From positions 20,037,292 to 20,101,291 of the forward strand of contig OZ316898.1 in NCBI GenBank assembly GCA_973895155.1: DNA of 64,000 nt, written 5' to 3'. Under the pieces are notes generated by a model. That model made no database searches. It was given only the letters and a program-made list of their open reading frames with translations, and was not told the origin of the DNA. Numbering within the stretch: the stretch's first letter is position 1; every line of letters begins with the position of its first letter. Source of the stretch: Marsupella aquatica (lineage: Eukaryota; Plantae; Marchantiophyta). The position numbers and the translations under genes are program-made. This document shows positions 40,301-53,154 of this stretch, in pieces.

Positions 40301-43300
40301 ATGAGCAAGTTTAGAGTATCTGCAAAGAATCTTTTAAGATTCTTTGATAGGTGCACGGCTTTGGCATGGCTAAGCCCAAGAAAGATCTGGTAATGATGAT
40401 AAAGCAAGCACATGTTGGGCTTTCAGGTACTTTTCATTTTCCAACCTTGCTACTTCTGTTATTTTGGCATGTATTTTTTGACATTGTCATGTTTTTTGCT
40501 TGTTAACCTCACGATCGTCGTGAGGTTTGACTATTCTAATGCTTGATTAAAGTTAGAATTTCAATTTTTTTTACTTGTTAACCTCATGATCATCGTGAGG
40601 TTTCTACATTTTCTTGCTTGACTAACTAAGATGAGGAAAGTCATTTCTACTTGCCTAACCTCATGATGATCGTGAGGTGAAGGGTCATCATTTCATGGCT
40701 TCATGAGAGGGTGAAGGACATTTTTTCTTTTCAACCTCACAATGGTGATGATCAAGGTTTCAAATTTTCATGCATGGATAGAGAATAGTAACATCTTTTT
40801 TCTGTGGATCACCTTCAGATATTTGTGAGGATTAGGGTCTTTTTTATGGTTTGGCAATAGGTTCAAGGATATTTTTGCTTGGAAAAGCTCACTATCATTG
40901 TGAAGTTTAGCCATATTTTCATGGTTTGGTGAGAGGTCAAGGAGAGTGTCAAGAATATTTTTGTTGGCAGCAAACCTCACAATTGTTGTTTCATTTCATA
41001 TTTATTTGCATGGTTTGGTTCAAGGGTTGAGCTCATGTTTTGTCATTTTTATGCTTCCATAGAAATTGTCAAGTTCTATTTTGCTTGCCAAAACCTCACG
41101 ATTATCGTGAGGTTTGCTCATTTCTGCATCATTCCACCTAGTTTATTCTCAAGAATTGGATCTGTTCATTTAATTAATGGACTTCACTTGTTTATTGTGC
41201 AAATGATTACCATGATTTGGACCCAGTATCTGAACCAAAAATTTGTGATAATGATGTATGTTTAACATACAACTATGACATTGGAGAAGAGTGGGCAATT
41301 GATATGTACCCTTACGATGGAGAAGTTCAATTGTGTTTGATTGACATAAAAAAAGATCCACACTGAATGCGACAGCACATTGTTGGTCCAATTGCATACT
41401 TGCAAATGCATTCTGAGGATCAAGTAATTGTTCTTGTAGAGAATTACACGGAAAAAAATGGTATCAGTACTTGCTTGATGCAAATACATATTGAGTGCGG
41501 TTGAATACAACTTGGATTGATGATATGCCAACCAATGTTATTTCTTTGGCATTCTTTCCTTTGGACTTTAGTTTCAAAGGTAGTTCAGATCAAGGACAAC
41601 TTTCACACCAGGAGATTGCATCTGGTTATGCTCAAGTCTTACATTTACTGAAAAGAAGGAAGCATTTCTTGTGTAGGACATTGTAGATGGAGCAGTGCAT
41701 TGAGACAAGTGGACTAACCAACATTGATATTGATCCAGCTGTTCTTTTCCATAAACTTTGGTTGCAAACAAGGTGAAGGAAGTGCCAAAGTCTTTAGAAG
41801 ATGACTTGGGAGTAGATATGTCAGAATATGAAGGGGCCAAGGCTGACGAAGAAGCGGTACCAATCATTGATCCCAGTAGAGAGGCATCTCCACAACAAAG
41901 TGAGAAGCTTGATAGTGTAGAGCCTCAAATTCAGAGCATTCTTGGAATTGTCCAACAAAAGAAGAAACAAGCTACCAAGCTTGTAGTTTCTCAGCCAAAG
42001 AGACGACCGCCAACCACCAAGGCACAAAATGTGCAGAGGAAGAGAAAATAGCCACAAGAAGAGGACAACGTGGAAGAGATTTTTGCACAACAAAGTGAAA
42101 GGATTGAGCCCATTGTACTTCAAATAGGAGGCAATGTACAGAGCAAGCCAACAATTGTGCAACCAAAGAGAAAGCCATCAACAAGAAAGAAGTCATTGAG
42201 GAAGCAACCAGATAGCAATAGGGATACAGTTGTTGATCTTGTGCAATAAGGAGCACTAATCTTACGAGAAGTGGATGACAATGAAGAGAGTGAGTTACCT
42301 GGAGCCAAAGAGATTGAAAAATCTAACAAGATTTTGCAAGAGATGAAAGATTACTATCCTTTTGGAATTATAACACATTTTGGGATTCTGGTGAAGAATA
42401 TCACGCAACCTCCTGCTATCATGTGTTATAGGAAAATTAACCTTTCTCATGTTGATGAGATAATGACTGGGATGATCTTGCATCCCGAGCAGCAACCTCA
42501 TCCTGCTGATTTAGTTCCCTACAACCCTCAGACCTTGAAGCCAATGAGTTTTGCAAAAGATGACATGACTCAATTTCAGAAATTGATGCCAAGGTTAAAG
42601 TTCTTTGCTATAAGTGGACAGCACTCTGCACTTGCCGCTCAAAGAATCTGTGAGCATGCCAAAAAACAACCTGATCTTCGAGAGCTTGCAAATAAATTGC
42701 AAGTACGTTCATCTCGCATTTTTAGTGGAGCTACACCAAAAAAGATCTTGCTGGAGTTCTCTAGTAGCTCAAATGAGATGAACAAGATTTCTGATTATAA
42801 ATCTCCATTCATTGATACTGTGGAGCATGCAAGAAATCAGTACGCTGATTTTGGTTTTCCAAAATGGCCTAAGGCGGGACAAACAGCAAGTCCAATTTAC
42901 AAGGTAAATTTTCCTTGCATAAAAGGTTTAAGTTTTTTGTACTGTGTTATTTTTCTGAATCATGAATGCAATGCCTAACTAACAACCTCACAATGATCGT
43001 GAGGTCAACTACTCATATTGAAAAGATATAGTTTGTTTTGACATGTGCAGGAATTTGAGCATACAGCAAAAATGACCATGGAGAAGAAACATCTTACTGA
43101 AGTACATTGGATACTTTTTACATCTGAGAAGTTGTATTGTTTGTGGAAGGAAGTGTGTAACAAGTGGCTTGAGGGAGAGCTTCCAGAGGGAGACTGAAAA
43201 TAAAAAAGAGTCTAAGCTTCTAACAGTTTCAAATTTCCGGAGTTTGGAGGGAGGCTTGCAAGATGATGATATCATAGCCATTCTCAAAGAGGTCGAACAT

Positions 43301-45290
43301 GGTGAAGTTCTCCTTAAGAAAGATGCTTCTTACAAAGGTGACATGCAATCTATGGAAGAGCTTGCCAAAACAACAAAAGTTCTCTCCAAACTGAAGGAGA
43401 TAATTATTGGATATTATCAAATCACTTTTTCAGACCATTTTCCTGATAAATGTACTTGGAAGGAACTATGTGATAAAATTCCCATTGATGCTAGGGAATT
43501 GGATAGATGCAGAGGAGTGGCTGGTACCAAGTACTTGATATCTTGTACTTCTCGAAATATTGCACGTGAGAAAAATATTCCGCATGGTTTAGTATCAAGA
43601 CTAAATCAACTATTTTATGATGCGTTCGGTGGAAGCCAGAGAAAGAGATTAGAGCCATTTCTAACTTTTTTCACTGACAACTTAATGACAACATGTGAGC
43701 GTGGTGCTTTGGAAGAGGTAGCTCCTTTTGTTCCTCTTGCCATTGTGGATTTTGGAAAACAAAACCAAAAAGAGTGGTCAGTATCCCAGTTGGAGGTGTT
43801 TTTTAAGTACATTGTGGAAACACCAAAAAATGATGCAATAATGATTATCATTTTTTTATTCCATGGTCATCTTTACTCCAATGTGCTAACTGCACTTTAC
43901 AATTTGCCCGATATTCACTTACATTTTGAATTTGGATCATTTGAGAGAGCCGATGGCTACATACATCCTGGGAGGTTTTTCAAAAATGAGCGGGAACAAA
44001 TAATTATTGCAGGTATATAAATTTGAAATTTGTGTTTGGGTTTGGGTTTATGATACATTGAGAAAACCTCACAATGATCGTGAGGTTTAGAATTATCACT
44101 AATTGTAGAATCTATATTTATTTGAACTTAGTAAGTTTACTGATCATTTAGTGTTTTTGGCAGCCATTTCACACAGTGCAAAACAAGATTGGGTTGACAT
44201 GTTTCCTGAAGGAGATATGAACTACCAATTTGATGAGGAAAATGATCGAGATTACCTTTCCAAAACTTGGAAGACTAATCCAAAATCTATTCCAGTGGAT
44301 GAGTCTAAAGAAGATCGAGAGGAACGCTTGAGGGAAGAAGCATTCAAGATGCTAAAAAATAGAGCTCCTCGTTATTCATTTTTGGATCAACTTGGAGGTT
44401 TAGTTAATCCTGATTGCAAGCCTGCTTGTGTGCTCAACAACATCATTCATAAATTTTCGGCACGTGGCGCTACAATTTTTGATTTCTTTTTTGGAGGATC
44501 AGTTTTGAAAAGTGCATTTGAGCTTGGAAGAGAATGCTTTGTGTATTCAGACTAAAAAAGAGAGTCTGAATTCTTGAAATTATATCCAAATATTTTGAGA
44601 ACAATTCCTAGAGTTAACAAATTTTGGGAGAAGGTTGGAAAAATCAATCGTGGTGATCCTCCTGAAGATTCAGAAATTATTGTTGAGTATGTAATTATTG
44701 ATGATAATGACGAAGATGAAGATCTTTCTAGATTTGAGGAAGGGTTGCCTGTTGTTGGTATTCCACAGGATAATCAATATCAAGCTTCTGTTTTGATTGA
44801 AAAAATCTTACAATCTTCAAGTTTGAACAAATCTTCATCAACAATGAGAAGCCAAAATGATTTGATTAACCTTGCAAGTCCTTCACAGGTAAACATCTAT
44901 TCTTCATTTTATTTGTAGTTTACTTATGAGGTATTTATATATATGTGAATATAATCTTATGTTGGAATTGTTGGGTCAAAATAGACCAATGCTTGCAGGA
45001 ATGAAGAAATTACAAGTATTGTTGAAACTGAGACTATGGAGGTAGTTGAAATAGAGCTGGAGGATATCAAATTAGGCCAGGCAGGTTCTTCTCAAAATGA
45101 GAATACTGAAAATTAAATACTTTATGTACCAGGTAGCAACTTATATTAGATGATAATTTGAATTCAAGCATGGATCATGCTTGCCATTTGAGAAACATGC
45201 TCATCTCCTTGAAAAGACAAGTATATATATGTACTTTTTATTGACTTCAGATTTTTCACTGATGCAAACCTCATGATTATCGTGAGGTTT
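37353..45290. promoter_or_regulatory. Dispersed 23-25-bp palindrome AACCTCAC-N7-GTGAGGTT, ~11 copies, non-coding positions only; function inferred
   Basis: Copies at ~37353, 37696, 37886, 40505, 40580, 40657, 40733, 41091, 42984, 44064 and 45266. The last three are in introns. Confidence 0.6.
40062..40275. repeat. 2 x ~110-bp tandem duplication
   Basis: tttc.tgac.ggttcaatacg.atgc.cgcttattatcagagtatgctctgaggagattgagttgcattg...gctaaattagaaac occurs twice. Confidence 0.9.
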
Positions 45291-46721
45291 ATGAGTGATA
45301 TTTGTACCCCAAATATGTACACAAAAGCTTGTATTTAAAAAATGCTAATACGATTATTCCTTTGAATGATTGTATCAGCCAACTATCATAAGCATTTCTC
45401 ACAATGAAATGTCACCACTTGACAATTTACAAGAAGAAGTAGGACGAAATGATTCATATTCAGACACAAGAGTACCTAGAATTGTATCTATTGAGTCACC
45501 CCTTTGGAGTGATTCATCACCTGAAGAAGGATTGTCTGTTGGAATATTTCCATTAGCACCAAAAGGTAAATATTTTGTTATCTTTTATCTGTGTTCATAT
45601 TTATATAGGATTTTGAAATTAGTTATTGTACATTTATTTTACAAAGTTCTAATTTATTTGTAATTGCATTTGTAACAGGTCAACACGATCTTGATCCATG
45701 TCACGTTTGGTCTTACCTGCCAGAAAATATAGCCCGAGATCGTAAATTACTAATTTTTGATCTTAGTGGTTTATTTTTCCGATCGCAATATCTCGGAAAA
45801 ACAATATGCACCAAGTCAATATCAACGGCAACTATGCACACATGACATGGTAACATGTGGACAATAAGACCACAAATTCATGAATTTTTGCAAAAGTGTT
45901 TCTCAAAGTTTGACATAGGAATATGGAGTTGTGGAACTGATCAAGAAGTCCAGATTCAAGTCAAGACTATCTTTGGACCCAAAAAAATTAAAAAATTTCT
46001 TTTTATCAAAAATCAACATCATGTTCAAGAAATTCTTGGGCTCAAGAATAGCAAAGGTGGACCTGTGTTTTTGAAGAACATATCAAAGTTCATTTGGGAA
46101 GAACATAGGTATTGGGATGACAAGACCACTGTGTTGATAGATGACTTACCTTATAGAACTTCAACAAATGCTTCTCATTCAACGTTATTTCCACCTACAT
46201 ATGATGGAAATCAAAAAGACAATTTTCTTTTGAAAATTTTATGGCCTTGTTTGGAAAAAATGGAAATGGCCTGTGATATCCGTGCATATCTTCAATTAAA
46301 TGAGCCAAAATGGTCCATGGAGAGTGCATCTCAAGATGAGATAATCAATGCTCATATCTATCTTTAGCTTCAAAGAAGAGGTCTTTTGAAAAAGTTTACA
46401 CCGCCATAGATGATCAAATACGCTGATGTTTTGCACATTTCTCAATACGAGATCAACTGGGGCCAGAAGCACTTGGTCACCAATATGGGAGCTGTTGATA
46501 AAATGAGTTATGAAGAGGTTTGCAAGATTGGAAAACATCTTGGAATGCGCGGTTGGCATACTGATCATGCTTATGATCTCATACGGTTTTTGTCGTTGGT
46601 TCAAATGACACGAGATCTTTCTTCAAAATTTAAAAACTTGCGTACTCGAGATGGTTGTAATCATGATAGAGAAGTAGATAGGCAGGGAAAATTAGGAACA
46701 TGCTCAAATAAGCATTGTTGA
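41687..46721 (+). pseudogene. Multi-exon cargo gene: ParB/Srx-like domain + beta-class N4C/N6A DNA-methyltransferase-like domain + acidic linker + FCP1/NIF phosphatase; several nonsense/frameshift lesions
   Basis: ParB-like: YRKINLSHVDEI..FFAISGQHSALA (~42430-42640). MTase-like: PLAIVDFG (degenerate motif IV) and VNPDCKPACVLNNIIHKFSARGATIFDFFFGGSVLKSAFELGRECFVY (44401-44550). FCP1-like: RKLLIFDLSGL, RPQIHEFLQKCFSKFDIGIWS, VFLKNI, TVLIDDLPY. GT-AG introns at ~42904-43050, 44012-44163, 44889-44984 and 45566-45678. In-frame stops at 42049, 42247, 44553 and 46365. Confidence 0.8.
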
Positions 46722-47755
46722 GAGTGTCCTTTAGTTCAATTTTCTTCAATCTTGGCCGAGCGCCATTAGATAGAGTAGACAAAGTTCAATGTGCAACTCA
46801 ATTATATATAAATATTTGGTTTCTTTAAAATTTTAAACTTTGTGATTCCCTTGAATGATCTATTTTGACCCTCATTTTGATCATGTAGTGAATAGTAGCA
46901 CTATGTATTTGATTTTCAAACACAACTACGCAAGAAGACTTGTTCATTTGAATGATGTTTCACTAGTACATTTTGAGGCATTTTACCGATTGTATTTAGA
47001 TCGGACGCCTTCAGGAAATCCGACGCGGAAATCTCACCTGTTCGATACCAAAAGAATCGCAATTTCCGATATAAATTTTATCGGAAAATGACAATCAGAA
47101 ACTAATCGGAACTACCGATACCAAAACATTCGGGAGTTCCGTCGCCTAAACTGTCGGGAAACACTATGTCCGATGCCCGCGTAATCGGATGTCTGTTTCA
47201 CGCATTTTTTGTTAGTGGAGGCGTCCGATTCTAGACCGATATTTTGGACATGGAAATGACCGATTGGTTTAACATCGGAAATGTCCGATGTTATTTGGAA
47301 CGGAAATTGCGATTATAGTAGAATCGGACTTTGCGATACGTTTGGGATGGAAAAGTACGATGATTGTGGCATCGGATATGGATCGGTATCTACCCGGAAA
47401 CTATTTGGCGAGCTTGATTGGGCCTATTTTAAATGGGGGGCTAATTGGGGGTTTAATTGGGGTGCAATTTAATTCTTTAACTGAGTTTTTATCTAGGGTT
47501 TAGAGAGGTCATTTAGTCAAGAGAGACTATCAATTTTGATTGCACACTATGTACCTTGAAACCCGGGCATGACACGGCATAACTATATCTTATATACAAA
47601 AATGAAATATCGAGGGCAAAAGTACAAAAAATGGAGAACATCTCCATGCATAGTGCCAGCTATGCTAAAGGCTGGGCATATCAAATGGACATAATGCCCT
47701 CCAACTATCCACCTCGCTAGCCTGGTACTAGATCTATACATGTCTACCTAGTCCA

Positions 47756-50676
47756 CTATCCATACAAGCTATGTCGCGTCTTCCTCTTCTTCACACGGGA
47801 ACGACTAGGCTGCTCTGCTCTATGAGTCTCTACCGCTGACACACCAGGTAGCACATCATGGTCGTGGCTACCTGATCTGCCTCCATCGTCATGTGGATGA
47901 GGTGCAGAAGCAATCTCTGGTACTCCCCCACCTCCAGATGCGCCTGAACCATGGGAAGACACTCCTTCCCCGACACAAGTGTGGAAAGAAGCCCCTCCAG
48001 CACCACCACCACTACCCCCCTCAGGCCGAGTCTCACCTCCACCACTATGACGGGAACCTCCCGACTGGGTGCCTACACCACCACTATGAATAGGATATGG
48101 TGTGGGCACATGACCACCAAGGCCCCCCCCGGACTGTCGCAAACCAGCTGGTACACTACCAGGGCTAGCCCTAAACTGATGAGGTGCAGCAACTCCACCA
48201 CTACCCCCCTCAGGGCGAGACTCACCTCCACCACTATGGCCGGAACCTCCAGACTGGATGCCTACACCACCACTATGAACAGGAGATGGTGTCGGCACAT
48301 GACCACCAAGGCCTCCCCCGGACTGTCGCGAACCAGCTGGTACACTACCAGGGCCAGCCCTAAATTGACGAGGTGCAGCAACTCCACCACTACCCCCCTC
48401 AGGACGAGACTCACCTCCACCACTACGGCCGGAACCTCCAGACTGGATGCCTACACCACCACTATGAACAGGAGATGGTGTGGGCACATGACCACCAAGG
48501 CCTCCCCAGGACTGTCGTGAACCAGCTGGTACACTACCAGGGCCAGCCCTAAACTGACGAGGTGCAACAACTCCACCACTACCCCCCTCAGGGCGAGACT
48601 CACCTCCACCACTACGGCCGGAACCTCCTGACTGGCCAACGACATGACCAGTATGAACACCAGCCCGTTGTCGAGACCCACCTGGTACAACACCAGGGCC
48701 AGTCCTCACTCGACCACCTGCTGTGGCTAGAACTCCAGACTCACTATGAACCCCTCGGTTGTGACCTACTGTGGCTGGAACCCGGGACTCACTCCGTCCA
48801 CTCCTACCGGCTAATCTCTGACAAGAAGGAGGCATATCACCTGCTCTATGCTCCATCCGGCGAGTGGAGCCACCTACACCCCGACCAGACTGGTGATGTC
48901 CACTCTCTCGGGGTCCTGACCGGCCACATGCACCAGTAGAACCTCGTACTGGAGCCTCGGCCACACTCCCCTCTGAAGCACTATCATCCTCCGCATCCTC
49001 CTCATCCTCCTCCCCCTCACCATCCTCCTCACTCTCCAAGTCCTCCTCACCCCCTGACTCATCCTGCACATAGTAACAATCTCCAATCCATATATCATTC
49101 CGCAACATACGTACCAGCATGAAGCCATCTTTCAAATCATTCTAATATCCGCACTTACCGAGGCCAACATGTCGTCCATGTGAATCTTTAGCGCCCGAGC
49201 ACCATGCTCCTTTGCCAGCTCTCTCTCTGCCGGCAACAATGGTCGTCCGTGCTCTTTCTCCTACACACCCAAACCATATGCCACCCCCAATACTAAGGTC
49301 AATTATAGCAACCCTACCCTGGCCTAATTAAACACCTATATAAACCCTTCACCGTCAAAGACCCATAAGAACACTTAGCCGTTCATGCACAAACTATTCA
49401 AAAATTTGAATATGTCCGATACTAATAGAATCGGTACCCTCGACAGTTCCGATTCTTTTTTATTGTCCGATGCTGCATCCGATACTTAGAGGATCGGACT
49501 AGAATCGGACCTTACATGCCGAAAGCAAAAAAAACTAAGGCATGATCGAGCGACCTACGGGCATACAAAGACCTGTCCCGGGTTTGGAAGGGTTAGGCAT
49601 TCGTCAATTGGCCTCAGGTGATTAGGGAGGAGGAATGCTGCTGAAGGAATGCATGGAGAGGAGGGGAATGGAGCACTTACAAAATCGGCCTTGAGACGCT
49701 GTGATCCGCCTTGCCCCATTCTGTGAGTAACCTTTGGCCTCTTTGTTACTCTCAACAGAGCTTTCATTAGCCAGGATGGTGGGTCTCCAAGCAGGGCTGA
49801 TTTTGCTGACCATTCTTCAAGTTCTTGATGCATGGGTGCAGTATTCACCATCTCTCCTTGTTCAATCTTCTTCTGAGCTGCTTGAATTTCAGCTTCCTAG
49901 CGTTGTGTGGCTTGCCAAGCTCGAACCTGCAACTCTTCTTCAAGCCAGGCACACCAAGCATTCTCAGGAATCTCACCAGCTGGGCTTCCCCCTTTCCTGA
50001 TCACCTCCTCATCCAGTTTGCATTCAGCCAGGTACTTTCGCATCTTCTCTCGTACATGATTTCGCATGTCTGCAAGTGAGACTGAGATCTTTTTGTTTAA
50101 GAATCGATCGTCCACAAACGACCCATTCGAAAATCTCTCTTTGATTTGCTCTCGAATTCGAAATCTCTCATCCTGCTTCTTCTTCCCCCAGTAGTCCATC
50201 GGGCCAAAATGAGACCTCACAATCTGCCTAACTTGACTCCCAAACAAACGATAACTCCTGGAGAGTGGAGCACCTCCCTCATTCAGAAACAATTTTGGCC
50301 TCTTGGCCCTATCCTCTGCCTTCTTTCGTTCCTCCTGAATTCTCTGTCGTTCTGCAGCCCGAGCCTCCCTCCTTAGGCTCTTCTCCTTTTGTCTTGGTGA
50401 TAGGGCTTCCACTGGCCTCTCTCTCTCGTCCTCCCTAGTGTTACGTTTCCTCTTCCTCTGCAATCTCTCCTCCTCGAGTCTGGCTTGGAAAGCTTTTTCT
50501 GCATCAGTGATGGCTACCTTCTGGGAGCTGTCGATCAGTCCTTGAGTGAGCTGGGCTACCTGCAATGCAACCTCCGGCGAGAGCCCCACCTTCTCCCTAA
50601 ACAATTGAGCCATGACTTCACCATAGCTGCTTGATGGCCCGACACCATCTCCCATCCCTCCCGCATTCCCTTCCAT
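47756..50676 (-). pseudogene. TnpA/ORF2-like (Ptta/En/Spm Transposase_24-like) gene, exons 50676-49681, 49260-49159, 49063-47756; one in-frame TAG at 49897-49899
   Basis: Phase-0 GT-AG junctions give THRMGQGGSQRLKADF|EKEHGRP, resembling the HxxGxxG...GRxP motif. PAGEIPENAWCAW lies upstream, and the tail is acidic then Gly-rich. Confidence 0.65.
47995..48700 (-). repeat. Coding tandem repeat, 189 bp (63 aa) x ~3.5, Gly/Ser/Pro-rich
   Basis: actacccccctcagg at 48011, 48200, 48389 and 48578. Confidence 0.92.
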
Positions 50677-51741
50677 CGCTATGAGCTCCGCAAAGGTATC
50701 GTGAAATGCTCCCTAAGCTTTTCCCGACTAGAGTGCCTTCGCACTTTAGTCGGGTGACCTAAAAACCCAAAATGCATAACGTCCGATACTTTCTGCATCA
50801 GAAACTCCAATTCTAGGTCAATCGGACTTAGTATCGGACCCCTCCTCCAAAGTATCGGACTTAACCCTCCCAATGTATTTTCTGATGGTTTGTGAATCGC
50901 ATGACCTTGGCATTTGGACTTTGGCATTTGGATCCCATGTATACTATAATGACCCCCTTTATGTTAGTTGGGGGTTAATTATGCTATATTGTGGGCTTAT
51001 TAGGTGTGCGGCGCAAAACGGGCATATCAACGTACAGTTGCCGTGACAAAGCTAGCACACTATTTTTTGGTGGGTATGGATGATCATTGAATGTATGTAC
51101 CCAGATCTATTTTCAGTTTGATTTTAAATGATTCCCATTTTGACCATGAGGCAATGCTATATGCATGGTGCAACTTTTGGGGACTATAAGAAGTCACAAA
51201 TTAAATTAACACTCTAGTGCCGTTTTGTGCAGTTTTGTATTTTTTGTTTTTGGAGGGTCGGGTCGTTGCTTTTCCTTGGTTTTCTTAGTAGGGTTTATTT
51301 TTGCCAATGCATTATGCACAGCGAGAGTACGCGCATCCAAAAGGTATGACATATATGATCCTCCAAAATGTATTGGAAATATTTGACATGATATATGCGT
51401 TACTTGTGGGAGTTTATAATTGGACATCCAACTCGTCATTGATTTTTATTAATTTCATTAATTATTGGTTTGTTACTTAGGTTTGCATGTATGTCATCTC
51501 ATCTTTCAACTTCCCCACCTAGCCTGTATGTGCAGGTTTTTTTGGATTGGCCTTAGCATATAGTCTAAGGCTTAGAGCCTAGTAGGCACTGTAGAGCGCG
51601 GATATCATTCAGGTACTAATTAAGTCCAACACTGCAAATTATTAACATACTATATATTTCCTGTTTGGGTTTACCTCAAGTTAGGGTGATGAATCAATCT
51701 TGCATTTTGGTAAAGACTTGTTTGTGTGTAATTGGCAGACA

Positions 51742-51972
51742 ATGTCGACTTCTGAGAGTTTGGATACAGATTCCGACTCTGACTTGTCTTCCTCTGAGGG
51801 GGACATTCCTCCTCCCCCTCAACAGCCTCGAGCACCCCCTCCATTAGGCCCTATTCCATGCTGGTGTCTTAGATGTAAAGGACTGGTGGTTCGTCAAGCG
51901 TGGCAGTCCATTGAACACATCGAAAACTATGGTCGACATGAGGGTGATTTACCGGGATATTCAGCTCGCCAA
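51742..51972 (+). CDS. First coding exon of the CACTA transposase unit (transposase-associated Cys/His motif)
   Basis: MSTSES...IPCWCLRCKG...IEHIENYG resembles the CPCxxC..H N-terminus of TnpD proteins. Phase-0 donor CAA|GTATTG at 51973. Confidence 0.7.
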
Positions 51973-52082
51973 GTATTGCTTGACATGAACTCCGCTATAT
52001 ATGATGCACTATCATAATAGTTGGCTGGTTTGAGACCTTTTAGGAGACAAGTATTAATTTTTGTTTGTTTATGATTGAATAG

Positions 52083-53045
52083 GTGCGTTGTAGGGCCCGT
52101 CCTCCATTGGTCTCTAGTCAACTATGGCATGATGCATTCCTAGCTGGTGCTAGACAGTTGCTTGCATCATCAGTTGAAGACCCCAAGCAATCATGTACCC
52201 CCGCACATGTTCAGGCAGATGTTGTTCATGAACCCATAGTGGTAGAGTTGGGGCATGGTAGGGATGATGCACCGCCCCCTACTAGGGTTCTACGCACAAG
52301 ACCACGTTCTCATAGACGTCGACAACAGCATGTAGTTCTAGACACAGACCCATCCTATGAGCACTTTAGAAGGAGTGTTATGCCTCCACCAGGGGAGGAG
52401 TACATAGAAGTTGAAGGGAGGTTGGGCTTGTCATATGTGACGGGAAAGGCAATCAGTGTCTTCAAGGATTTTGACCCTGAGAGTTTTGCGATTCCTCGTG
52501 GCCTAGCCATTGACATCCCTGTACATATATGGGGTCGGCAATGGATAGTGAAGGCATCAACCCTTGGCGGGGAGGTTGGGTTAGGCTTATTTGCTTTGGA
52601 GGACATTGAGGTCCCTCCAAAGCCTTGGCGTCGTGGCTATGATGGGGAACACCTTTTCCCTTACATTGGGCCTGTGTATACATCCAAGAGTTGGAACATC
52701 CTCTTGCGCCAACATCCAGCTTGGGGGGTATATGCATTGCAGATGGACTCAGACCCAGATGAGGTCCTAAGGAGGCCTTGGCATTGTAGGATGATTGATG
52801 GGGACCCTGTCCGTTCAGATAACATAGCTGGGTACATCAATAGTACACATGGTAGAGGGAGTGGACTCCAGCCTAATGTAGAGTGGGCTCAGATTTTTGG
52901 CCCACCCACTCCGCCTTACTATGTCACACATATGGATGATCATGTTATGACAGTAGCCATACGGACCATTAGGGCGGGTGATGAGTTTTTTTGTGACTAT
53001 GAATGGAACGCACCCACGATGGGCATTCGATCTGGCCACACTTAG
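52083..53045 (+). CDS. SET-domain lysine methyltransferase-like exon, uninterrupted 320-codon frame
   Basis: VKASTLGGEVGLGLFALEDI, FPYIGPVY, YALQM, IDGDP..NIAGYINS..PNVEW and VAIRTIRAGDEFFCDY follow the SET motif order. Phase-0 acceptor AG at 52081-52082. Confidence 0.85.
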   Translation: MRCRARPPLVSSQLWHDAFLAGARQLLASSVEDPKQSCTPAHVQADVVHEPIVVELGHGRDDAPPPTRVLRTRPRSHRRRQQHVVLDTDPSYEHFRRSVMPPPGEEYIEVEGRLGLSYVTGKAISVFKDFDPESFAIPRGLAIDIPVHIWGRQWIVKASTLGGEVGLGLFALEDIEVPPKPWRRGYDGEHLFPYIGPVYTSKSWNILLRQHPAWGVYALQMDSDPDEVLRRPWHCRMIDGDPVRSDNIAGYINSTHGRGSGLQPNVEWAQIFGPPTPPYYVTHMDDHVMTVAIRTIRAGDEFFCDYEWNAPTMGIRSGHT

Positions 53046-53154
53046 CACATATGTGTATTCCCCATTTTTGAAGTAATATAAGAATATTGTAGTTTTTTTA
53101 GGAACCCATGGGCTAACTCAAACGTATATATCTGTTTTGTGCGTTGTATGATAG

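Noticed and set aside
47830-48939. Overlapping Thr/His-rich ORFs in other frames and on the opposite strand
   Set aside because: Shadow frames of the Gly-rich 189-bp repeat.
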